A stretch of 63,509 nt of DNA, filler included, from Kipferlia bialata (lineage: Eukaryota), in NCBI GenBank assembly GCA_003568945.1. It is 4 parts of 4 records of this genome, joined end to end, with 100 filler letters (N's around TTAATTAATTAA, not from the genome) between each part and the next. Parts side by side here need not be neighbours in the genome. Positions count along the whole stretch, not along the records: positions 18,644 to 30,908 come from BDIP01000473.1; positions 31,009 to 44,916 come from BDIP01000474.1; 2 more parts are not named here. The stretch is one strand, 5' to 3'. A model generated the notes under the pieces. It was not told the origin of the DNA and did not search any database. It saw only the letters and a program-made list of their open reading frames with translations. Position 1 is the stretch's first letter. Every line of letters starts with the position of its first letter. This document shows positions 26,110 to 37,926 of the stretch, in pieces. A program made the translations under genes and the position numbers.

Positions 26110-28967
26110 ACTGTACCTAGGCAGGGTCGGCACTTGGTAGAAGCCCCTGTTGGACTTCCTCTCAGTGCCTGGGTCAGCATGACATCGATATACCAATACT
26201 ATATAGACATTTACACTACTATTACATACACATATACTATATATATGTAGATAGTACCTGTGCCCTGGAACGGGTGTATGATGGTGGGCAGGAGAGCACC
26301 GACAGGGGTGGCCTGGATTGTAAGAAGAGAAAGAGAGACAGAGAGAGAGAGAGTCCGGACAGGGGTGGAGTGGATTTTGAGAAGAGAGATAGACAAGGAG
26401 AGAGGGATGGACACAGATAGAGAGCGCCATCTGGGTGGGCAGAGAGAGAGAGAGAGAGTGCGGACACGACTGGTCTAACGGCAGGAGACACACACACTAT
26501 CTCTAAGTATAGCTAGGCCAGTGACTACTCTCTCCCCCCCTCTCTCTCCATATATATATACGTATTCATATATAGTTATATGTATACCTGCTCCTTACAC
26601 ACCCCAAGTGCTGTCTGGGCCAGTGACTGTGCAGTCTCAGAGGGGCAGATGACTAGATCAGTGTCTGTTATTAGTATTGTATATATTTAATATATACATA
26701 GAGAGAGAAAGAGATAGCAATATATGTATATATATATAGAGAGAGAGAGAGAGAAAGAGAGAAAGAGAGACTGTGCAGTCTCAGATAGAAATATGACAAG
26801 GTCGATACATACTGTAAGTAGTTGTATATTAATATAGAGAGAGAAAGAGTGTGGGAGAGTGAGTCCCACACTCTTCCAATGGACTAAAGAGTGGTTATAT
26901 AGAAACACTATATATACATATGGTGAAGTACCTGGAATGGGGCCACAGTAACTGGCGGCACACTCTCTTATAGCTGCACAATATTCAGTTATTGATAGAT
27001 ATAGATACACATACAAGTATATGGTATATATACATATGGTGAAGACCCTGGAATGGGGCCACTGAAACTGGCGGCACACCCTGCCAGTGCACACAGAGAA
27101 TAGATATAGATATATATGTACTAGTATATGGTATATATATATAGTATATAGTACCTGGAATAGGTCCTGAATAGCTAGCCGCACACCCTGCCAGTGCACA
27201 CAGGAAATATAGTAAGAGATACTTATAAAATATATATGTATATATATATATATAGTATATAGTACCTGGGATAGGACCACTGTAACTGGCGGCACACCCT
27301 GCCAGTGCACACAGACAGTGGAGAGGGAAGGGACAGAGGAACCTGAGTGAATTGGTGTAGGGGGAGAGGGGGGGAGAGAGGGTACACAGAATGTGCAGGG
27401 GGAAAGGACAGAGGAACCTAGGTATTAAGGGTGTAGAGGGAGAGAGAGAGAGAGGGGGGGGGGTACACAGACAGTGGAGGGGGAAGGGACAGAGGAACCT
27501 AGGTATTAGGGGTGTAGAGAGAGAGAGAGAGCACTGACGGTGTATAAGGAACGGCATCAGACTTAGAAAATGGATAGAGGATAGAGGTTGACAAAGAGAA
27601 CCCAAGTTGTAGTTGTGGGTGGTGTAGATATGAGTGAGTTACATACCAGCTGATGATGTGACCAAAGAGTACACCCACTGCCTCATGGGGTATGGGGGTG
27701 GGGGTGCTGGGTATGTCACTCTTGGGACCATTGTTACTGGGATGAGATTACTTAAATACATATATATATATGTACACTTATATATATATACACAAATGTA
27801 TATATGGGGGTGCTGGGTATGTCACCACCGCTGCCCTTGGGACCAGACATGCTGGGATGAGAATATACGTATACACATCCAACCTATTCAGCTATATTTA
27901 CATACCCAATTGGCATCATGCACCCAAAAATAGATGAATATTACAATTATACAATAAATACACACAGCGTCACAATATATGTATTGTTTGTCTTAACATA
28001 TATGAATTCATCCATACCCAAATGGCATCATGGACACACACACACACAAATATATATACATAATACCCCATAGATATAAATCTATATACATATATATCTA
28101 CATCCATACCCAATGGCATCATGGACACACATATATACCCATAATACCCCATATACATATATATATATATATATAAATGTAAATATACAAGTAGATATCC
28201 AAGTGTATATCCATACCCAAATGGCATCATGTATGAATACATATTCATATCTTCCCCATAGATATATATGTATACATACTAATTACACAACCCATACCCA
28301 AATGGCATCATGGACACATCCCCCAGTCCACCCACAAAGGACAGAGGGTCATCAGATGCAGTGGCCTGACATAAGGACCATTTATATGTATATACACATA
28401 TACTATATTATTATACAAAGGACAGGGGGTCATCGACAGGGGCAACAGTAGTCTGAGGTGAAAAGCACTATATATATCAATGTATACTGTATGATTATAT
28501 ATTCAAGCCCACAAAGGACAGAGGGTCATCAGAAGCAGTGGCCTGGTATTAGAACTGTAAATAGAAACTCTTAATATCTATATATTCATTTACATTGGTA
28601 TATACTGAATAGAGATAAAGAATAGTCCATCAGAAAGGACCGGGGGTCATCAGAATGCGGTGGGGGCCTGACATAAGCACGATACATCTACACTAAATAT
28701 GCGTGCAAATCACAACTTACGTTGAAGGGTGTAGTTTGGAAGTGGCTACACAAAGTATGATTATACATACGATTATATACTAAACATATACACTATAAGA
28801 GCAACATACTAATTCGTGAATATGTGTATAGTATTGAGTATACTGCATAATAACACACTATACTTACGTTGAAGGGTGCAGCTGGGAAGTGGCTGCTTGT
28901 GGTACTTGGTGTGATGTAGTCTCTGAGGAAGAGTTCCCTAAGGGCCTAGGGTGAGAGAGAGGGAGAC

Positions 28968-29001
<34 letters not shown>

Positions 29002-30367
29002 AGACTTAGTGATGTAGTCTCTGAGAAACAGTTCTCTACGGCCCTAGGGTGGGTATGCACAAATGTATAGAAAGAGAGAAGGAGAGAGAGAGTGTGTGTG
29101 TGTACCTTTGCAAGTGTGGATGAGTCAAAGTCAGTGGTTTCCGGGGTGGAGCCATCCTGCCTGGGGGTAAGCAGAGATGGGCGCAACATGCAAAGAAATT
29201 GTAAGGCGTATAGTATAGAGTATGTGGAACGATGTATTTACCAAAATACTGTTGCAATCAGTACAGTGCCTACACATACACATACACATATATATGTACA
29301 TTATTGTGGTTATATATCCCTGCACAGTATCCCCCTGGCTGCATATGTCACTTGGCATAGTATATATGTGTATATAGGCATATATGTATATACATACGAA
29401 CATATACACATATATACATTTATGTATATATATATATATATATATACATATATACCTGGACAGTATCGCCATGGCTGCATATGTCACTTGGCATAAAAAT
29501 ATATGAGTGTATATGTGTATATGTGTATACTTTTACATACATGTACTATATGTGTATACAATACATGTATTACCTGCACAGTATCCCCATGGCGGCATAT
29601 GTGACTTGGGCTGTGAAGTGCAGACGGTTCACCTGCCATTATTGGATGTAGAGGGGGGGACGGAGAGAGCGGGAAGGTTAGACACAGAGTACAGTAGCTC
29701 AACGTGACATTATCGGGTATTCAAATATACATATTCCACACTGTATGCCACCCCTCTCTCTCTCTCTCTCGCTGAATATACTAATATAGACACACATGTA
29801 ACACACACCATAGTTAGCCCCGCTGTCTCACAACTCTTTCCTTCTCTGCATACGTATACATATATCTGCTAATGTGTATATATTGACACACCTTATTGTA
29901 AGCCCCACATGCCTCACTACCGCGACCAAGGCCCTGAAAGTGAGGGTACTAACAATCCGACCACACCGTATTCACAACACATAATTACACTTATTCACAA
30001 AAATATACATGGTATATATATATATATATACATATATATGTCACTTGATCACTGACCGATATACACGACTCAATGGTCAAGAATGAAAAGAATCAATATC
30101 CGATACATGTATGTGGGTCGAACCGAATGCTCTTTCTCTCTCTCTCTCAATTAGCGAGATAGAGTAGTATATATTCATGCTAAATATACCATACCTGTGT
30201 ATGTGGATCGAACCCGAATGAGAAACTGGCAGGACGCTGGGGATAAGAGAGGGTAGAAAAAGGGAGAGAAAAACTGGCAGGACGCTGGAGATAAGAGTGT
30301 ATAGAGGGAGGGAGAGAGAGAGAGAGAGAAAAAAAAAACTGGCAGGACGCTGGAGATAAGAGAGGGT

Positions 30368-30422
<55 letters not shown>

Positions 30423-30598
30423 AAGACAAGAGCGGGACTCAGTAATTGACTGGTCTACGGAGTATGGAGAGAGAAGAATGAGAGTTCGTATATAGTTCAG
30501 AATATATATATTGGTGTGTAGCATATACCTTATTGAGCGTCTCTGATGCTGGGCTGTGTATGACATCGGAGGAGCCACTGAGATAGTCAATGGTGGAC
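18688..30598 (-). CDS. Large hypothetical, probably alpha-helical (HEAT/ARM-like) protein; about 33 short exons, truncated at both contig ends
   Basis: Continuous phase-consistent chain from STIDYLSGSSDVIH (30528-30598) through VNRLHFTAQVTYAAMGILC, FLCPFPLHCLCALAGCAASYSGPIP, LFSVISSLAPSLHQG, AFSQDQDALPVSLYALLMRFP and GASRACLVQYAVLLSEID to NIGDLLKGPLASEWHNAVDA (18688-18750). No family recognised. Confidence 0.78.
22268..22522. repeat. Tandem duplication of a roughly 115-bp unit made of an exon 5' end, its acceptor and intron sequence
   Basis: CACTCCTAGTGGACACCAGGATGGCCTAG...ACATATGACAGTG is repeated, with intron sequence also shared between copies. Confidence 0.85.
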
Positions 30599-30908
30599 TG
30601 AGGATTAGAGAGGGGGGTCGTGTGTGTTAGAGAGAAGGAGAGAAAGGGAGAGGGAGGGAGAGAGAGAGGAACCACTGAGACAGTCAATGGTGGACTGAGG
30701 ATGTGAGAGAGTTATATATAGAGAGAGAGAGTGTGTGTGTGTACGATGGAGAGAGAGAAGAGAAAGAAACTAACAGGCAGTCAATCATGGAATGATGTAT
30801 GAGAGGCAGTGAGAGAGAATGATAGAGTGGGTTTGAAACAGACAGAGAGTTTGAAAGGAGGGAGGGGGGGGGGGGGGGGGGAAGGGGGGGGGGGGGGGGA
30901 GAGAGAGA

Positions 30909-31008
30909 NNNNNNNNNNNNNNNNNNNNNNNNNNNNNNNNNNNNNNNNNNNNTTAATTAATTAANNNNNNNNNNNNNNNNNNNNNNNNNNNNNNNNNNNN
31001 NNNNNNNN
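30909..31008. other. Artificial contig linker
   Basis: N run + TTAATTAATTAA (30953-30964) + N run. Confidence 0.95.
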
Positions 31009-31070
31009 ATACCCACCCCCCCTCCCCCCCCCCCCCCCCCCCCTTCATCTTGTTTCCCCCCTCACCCCAG

Positions 31071-34000
31071 TGAGTATGTAGTGGTGTCCTTCGGTCAGGC
31101 CCTAGTACTGATCAATGCCACATCTGGAGAGACAGTGCAGCGGTACCAGTGCAACAATGCAAAGGTATATATACCATGTATTGAGAGTGAGTATACAAGG
31201 GTATATGTATACCCCCTCCCTCACCACCCAGGCCCACATCACGGGTGTGTCCTTCCTCCCATCGTGTGTGGGTGAGTTTGTGACCTGTGACACAGGGGGT
31301 GTGCTGACGAGGTGGAGTGTTGCATCCCAGTGGCACTCAGAGGTCATGGGGGCATTGAGGGTGCCTATGCAGGTGGGTGGGGGTGTATATATGTAGCATA
31401 TCACATGTATATGTAGTATATCATCTGTAGTGCAAATTGTGTATAGTAGCGTACACTCGTACACTCCAACCCCAGGGTGTCGTTGCCATCTCTGTGAGTG
31501 CGACCAGTGAGATCAGTGCCCTCTCCCCCAGTGCAGGCCCAGACACAGAGGGTGCAGTCAACAACCTCCTACTGAGGCAGAAGGATGGGGGTATGGCTGT
31601 GTACTGTATGCAGCAGAGGAGGGTGGTCTATAGGGTGCCCCCTGCACACCAGGAGACAGTGTTCTGTGTCGCATCGTGCCCGGCTGACCCTAACCTATTT
31701 GCCACAGGTGCGCTGATGCCATGTATATGTATCATATGTATCAGCAGTGGCCGTCGTTATTAACTTCCGTCTCTCGCTTACTCGTGCATTCACCCTCAGG
31801 TTCATATGACGGCACTGCCCGTATATGGGACGTTGAGGTAAGGCGAATAGGTTCTACTAGTCTCTCTCTCTCTCTCTCTCTCTCTCCCCCCCCCCCACCT
31901 CCAGTCCATGTCTCTCAAGGCCGAGTGTGGGACAGTCATTCAGACCAGGAAGACAGGGTCCCTGGAGGCTCTAGGTGAGTGGGTGTTGAAGAGTCTCTAG
32001 ATTGTGTAGCGACTTCTTACCGCTGTCTCTCATCCATCACCTCTTACCCATCTCTGCCACTCTCTCTCTCACCCCAGGCGAGGTCTCCACTGTCTTCTCG
32101 GTGGCCTTCTCCCAGTGTGGCAGGTACCTGGCCACCGGTGACTCCACAGGCAAGGTGTCTGTGTACACCACTAGAGGCGTGGCCCTATCCTCCGTCCAGC
32201 ACCACTCAGGCCCCGTCTACTCCATGCGCTGGGTAGGGGGTGGTAAGTGTGCAGTGGTGCCTAGAAGCAGTGGCCCCAAGTCCCCGGCCTCCCCCAGGGG
32301 TGGGGTGGCAGCTGACACTGGCGTCATAGTCACAGCCTCTTTTGACTGCACAGTCGGGTTCCTCAGCTTCTCCCCCGACCCCGTACCCACCCTACGCTCC
32401 CTGGGCTGCATCCACACCCCCAAGCCATGCTTTGGGGTGGCTGTTTCACCCCTAGGTCTCACAGCTGTCTCACAGCAGAACGGGGAGGTACGTGTACCCA
32501 TGGCGGGTGTGTTGGGGTGATTGATACTACTCACTGATAACTAGTTTGTCTGAGGTACTTACTGTCAGGTGCTTGTGTACAAGTTCGATCCTGTGAAGGC
32601 TCTGTCCATCGCAGACAGCGTCCACTACCCCTCTCCCCCTGGTGCCTCTGGCCCTTCATCCTTCCCCACCTCCCCCACGAGTGTTATATCCACACACAAG
32701 TCGAGGGTGTTCTGCATTGAGTTCTCCCCCCACCATGGCCATATTCTGGCAGTTGGGTCGGATGATGCGTCTATATCAGTCCATGCACTCAGCTACGACG
32801 GGAAGGTGGGGTGGATAGTATGTATATATGTACTATATCACAGTACATGAGTTCTATGCGCCCTCCTTCTCCTACTCATCCTAGGACAGCAGCCGTGTGT
32901 GTGCTCTGAATGGCCACACCAAGCGTGTCCGTCCCCTCCTCTTCCACCCTGCCCTTCCCCATGTCCTCATCAGTGGTAGCTGGGATGGGACAGTGCGGGT
33001 ATGGGACTATGCCAGTGGGACATGCCTCCACACAGACTCACACTCTGCAAGGTACACACACTCTCCCTCTCTCCCTCTATTTATCTCCCTCCCTTCCTGA
33101 TCCCAGCCACGTGTATGGTCTGGCCGTCCACCCCGATAAGCCGTTCTCTGTCCTAGTTGCTAGCAGAGACCTCCTCCTGCGGGTGTTTGATGTACGGTCA
33201 GCCACCATCGGGGGTATCAGCCCCTATGCCGCGTGTGTCTCTGCCGACACCCCCAGTGATGTCCTGTCCTCTGTGCTCATGGATGCACCAGACGTAAGGT
33301 ACAGTCAGTGTATATATCATATATATATTACATATTTATTTATATATAGCATACTAATACCCATTCTGCCACTCATGATCAGGCAGATGAGGGCGTCTGT
33401 GGCAGGCAGGGGCTTCCCAGGTGCCGCCTGGGAGGGTGTGACTGGGGTAGGGGCTGGGAGGCTCAGCAGGTCGATAGCTGCCGCACCCGAGCCCGACCAG
33501 CTGGCCGCCCTTCTCGGGTACTTCCACCCCTCCTGTACCCATGCCCCTACCCTGGTGGTTGAGAGTACGGCCCATGTCTCACTAGACCAGTACAGAAGGT
33601 GGGTATCTATTAGCAATGTCTACCTCTGCCAATGGCCCCTCACCCCAGCTACTGTGCCGCCATCATCGCCCATGGGGTCAGGAGCATGCGTGCCCCCTCT
33701 ACCTGTGGGGCTGTGGTGCTAGACCCCGAGGAGGAGAGGAGACAGAGGGAGGGAGATAGGCTGAGGCGGCAGCGGTCTCCAGCCCGTCCCAAGTCCCCAA
33801 CCACTCCCCTACCCCCTGTCAAGAAGACCCTACCCCCCATCAACGCTGGGGCATCCGGGTCTCTCTCCCTCGCCCCCCTCTCCAGGTCCCCTGGGGGCCC
33901 AGCCCTCAACCCCATGTCTCCCCTCTCCCTAGACCTCTCTAGGCCCTCCTCTTCCACTGCGAAGCCCATACCCACTGGCACCTCTACCAATGTCACAGAC

Positions 34001-35635
34001 AGCGCCATAGACAGTGAGGAGATTGACTCTCCCTCCTATGTACTTCAGGCACTCGAGAGCCTTGTTCCAGACCTCCCACCCAGGGGGCCTAGCAGGCTGG
34101 TCCACCTACTCAACGTCTGTCTATCCCTATGCGTGGCATCCTTCGATATGCACTCCCTCCTCGAGCTCCTGTCTCTAGCAGGACAGCCCACCCTCGCTCT
34201 CTCCCTTGCCCCCATCTGCGTGTGGCCCTATGCCGCCCCTACCCCCTCTGTAGACGTGGAGAGGTACATGGGGGGGCCCTTCACCCCCCTCCCCAGTATA
34301 GTACAGGCAGCTAGGCTCCTGGCTGTGGGACGCGTTGCCGAGTCCGTCAAGGCCCTATCCGTAACTCTCTCCCACAGACAGTGTCTGGTGCTGGCAGGTG
34401 GCCTCACCTCCCCTGCTAGTGATGCCCTACTCAAGGGTGCCTCCCCCGAGGAGAGAGAGGCTCTGGCTGTGCAGTATGTCACGGGTGCAGCACGGGAGAT
34501 GTGCACAGATGGTCAGCCCATAGCAGCTGCGGCCCTTCTAGCCGTGTACCCCCCCTGCAGACAGGATGCCGTCCGTGTCCTGTTAGACTGTGGCCATCCC
34601 ACACTTGCCTATGTCGTGGCTACTGGCCTAGAGGATGACCTGGATGCAGAGGTGGAGGGGCAGCTCGGCGTGGTAGTGGAGGCCCACCTGGCATGTGCCG
34701 AGTATCTATATGCCACTGGTCTAAAGGAGAGGGCTGTGGAGATTGCAGAGGGTCTGTCTCTCTCTAAGCCTGAGTCTGACGATATAGTTGGGGTGGGTCT
34801 CTACCTGCGCTGGCTGCGTCTGCAGACCTCCCGTCCCCTGACCCCTGTCCCTTCTAGCCCAGGTACCCCTGCTGCCTCTCTCCCCACCCCCTGTGCTGCC
34901 ATGACCCCCCCTCTCTCCCTGGAGGAGGTGGGGGAGAGAGACTGGGTGGGGCTGGGCAGGTGTGTGCTGCAGTACATACAGGCAGACAACCTCCCTGCCG
35001 CTGTGCGTACTGCTCTCACAGCTGCTGGGCAGGCCGTCTCTGTCGACAGGACCCATGCTCTGACATCATATGTGGCACCTCTCACGGATGAGCCCAGAGA
35101 GCCCTTGTCAGTGTGTAACCTGGCCCCCGGTGCCCTCGCTGTCATAAGGTGCCTGTGGGGCACAGACATCACCACGGCCACATGTGCCGAGGAGCCACAG
35201 CTGACACTACTCTCTGCATACCTGGGTGGTATTGCGGCATATGAGCTGGGCAGTATCGGGGCTGCCCAGGTACTGTTCAATCGTGCTCTCTCTCTTGCGA
35301 AGCGCCTCCCGACCCCCGAGGCTGGCACCCCTGCCTCTTATGTCTCCAAGACTGACATCACAGTGAGACTGGCCGGGTGCGGCATGAGGCAGGGTAGCGT
35401 GGAGGCAGAGAGTGACCTGAGGATGATGGCCAGTGGTAAGGCGCACTCCGCCATGGTGTCTCTGATGCTTAAGCACGGGGCGCCCCCTAGTACAAGGGAG
35501 AGGGGGATGCCCATGGCCAACCCCTTCGCTAGGGGGGTGTCCACCTACGAGGACGTCCTGTCGATGGAGACGTCAGTCTTTGATGGTAGCATGCACACAT
35601 ACAAGTGCGGGTGCCCCTCAGTGGACTACAAGTAG
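31071..35635 (+). CDS. WDR17: WD40-repeat protein WDR17 ortholog (5' truncated at contig start; about 11 exons)
   Basis: HQETVFCVASCPADPNLFATG|SYDGTARIWDV, HKSRVFCIEFSPHHGHILAVGSDD, LNGHTKRVRPLLFHPALPHVLISGSWDGTVRVWD and HVYGLAVHPDKPFSVLVASRD match the WDR17 repeat series as I recall it. A long helical C-terminal exon 33649-35635 with an NPF motif ends in TAG. Confidence 0.82.
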
Positions 35636-36277
35636 AGGGACCGGAAGGGACTCTCTCAGTGAAGGAGTCATTGGGGAATTGCGGCAAGCGAAGCCAATTC
35701 AAATATATATTCCCTTGCTGTCCAGATTGTTTTCATTGTAGCATTGTTTCTGTTACTGTACAATGTACAGTGTACATGTCCGGAGTGATTTCTCTACGTG
35801 TTCATAACGCTATCGTTGCATATCTATCATTCAAAGAGTATGAAAGGGGTTCTGTTTGGTGTTCTTGACATGAACCATAAGTTATAGACAAAATGCACTT
35901 ATACGCAATAAGTGACTTTTATGTGGTTGTTGCATCGGAGGTGAAAAGTGTGATTCTCGATCGGGTGGAAGAAATACTGTGGTCGCAAGCGTCATTTACT
36001 CAGGTGTCTATCGAGACTGTGACATGGACTAGAGCGTCACTATGAGTAATAGTTTAGCTCTCAGCTACCGCATAAAGTATCTCCAATGGTCCTTCATATA
36101 TTAGTATCAGTATCAGTATCGTGATTCGCTTATCTATTTGCTGCTAATGTAACTGTGGCAGTTCCACCCTTTGCGCAATACTGAGCTTACTTTGTGATAA
36201 TGGTGGGAACTTCTACCAGCATATTGCCAATCAAACTGAGTGCAGCTGTAGTTCCTACACTGTAGGCTACAGTGGCA

Positions 36278-37544
36278 CTAAGTTACAACGAAGGCCAACG
36301 AGAGCAACTCATCTAAGGCCTCGAGGTCAATGTCGGCCACTACTATGGCCCCATCGTGTATCAGTACAATGGTGGTGGGGTTAATCTGTAGGCTATTAAT
36401 AGTGGACATGTTCCAATCGTTCCAATCGGGTTGGTGCCAGGCACCGTGCCTAACGAGGCCCCGGATCGAAGTCTCCACGGGCGACAAGGCCCCAGATACA
36501 GGATCGAGTACTACCACCTCGTCATAGTGGAACATGAGACAAACTGCGTCTTTGAGAATCGCATATGTGTCACAGTACTCAGAGTCCGTGGCAATAGGCG
36601 AGAACCCTGAGGAGGGGGAGAAGGACAGGATGTGCTGTGAGCCCTCATCTGAGTTGTCGGGAAGAAGACAGCATACCATGTCCCTGTAGACGAAGTTGAG
36701 AGGCGGATCTCTGTCCTTAAACATGTCTGGCACGGTGTAAGGCAGTTGCTGCCACCTATCCAAACTGGGATCAAACTGCCAACAGTCATCGGAACGGGTC
36801 ATAGATTTCTTGCAGTACCCAGAAGTTCTGGAATTTGGTCTCCAGTAACAAGCAGTAACTCCACCTGCTACTATGAGAGACCCCTCTACACACCCTAACA
36901 TGGATTCGGTGCGAGGGCAGGGCCAGACCGCACCGTCCCGGTGTGGTACCATGCGCCACTCCAAGGTGTCGAGAGATAGGACCCAGAGATCAATACTCTC
37001 TAGGGTCACGTCTCTGGCTAATCCTGGTGGATGCTCTGTAATCTCCGCTCTTGTCACAAGAGAGTACAGATGCCACATGTACTGGGTACCAGTTCATACG
37101 TGTCTCCCCAGTCGGGTACAGGTAGAACTGTCCCCTCTAGCGATAGGTCAGGAAGCCATGTGAAGAGCTTGAGCCTATGACGTGAGACAGAGGGTTGGTA
37201 GTGAAGACGTTTGACACCTATCTCAAATGACGAACAGCATAAGCAGACACTCTCTTAGCTACTACACTCAAGGGCATATATGGAAAGTAACAGAGAGAGA
37301 TGTGGAGAAATACTAATGAGGATGACTTCTATACACTGAGTGAACGATACTATGGATACCACAGCGTCTTCTACACTTTTCTCGGTTGAATACAACAAGA
37401 CAAACACTACCTTGTGGGGTGGCGGAACTCTGCTAGGACAGTGTTCAGGCTGACATAGTGGAGGTTGGCAATGCCCTCGTAATCCTCCAGAGAGTGAGTG
37501 GCCACTACTTGGAACAGGTCAGGTGCTGTAACGGGTAGCTGCAT
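36278..37544 (-). CDS. Kelch-like beta-propeller protein, 2 exons, with an apparent frameshift near 37075
   Basis: Kelch-type segments LWVLSLDTLEWRMV, WPCPRTESMLGCVEGSLIVAGG and CWQFDPSLDRWQQLP. Exon 1 (37411-37544, MQLPVTAP...) joins in phase to LKLFTWLPD..., but the frame shifts before HLYSLV. Confidence 0.65.
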
Positions 37545-37926
37545 CGACGCTGTTGGTGTGCTGAGGGTAAATAAGAGAGATCGGAACACACCATTCCCAC
37601 AGACCACTTGATCCCGTGAAGGGATCCCATCACTGTAGAGCAAACATAAATACAGTATACCATATATAATGTACTACAGTGATCTACTCACCGTAAAAGA
37701 GACTCTGTTACGTATATCTGTGATACTTCCGGTTGGACATGTATGTATCCTCTAATGAAGAGGCCAATTGGTACGAGTGTTCCTCTATTGAATATGTAGC
37801 ATTACCCTGGACATGTATCAACTGACATGATTAGAAATGGTAAATTAAGGCCTGGGTACCACTGCGTAGTACTGAGGGCTACTGGCGAAAGCAAACGACG
37901 GCAGATGTAGAGATTGGAGAGTCGCC

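Noticed and set aside
5419..30687. Many ORF-track entries rich in YIYI, SLSL or ERER
   Set aside because: They are translations of (AT)n and (CT)n intronic microsatellites, not genes.
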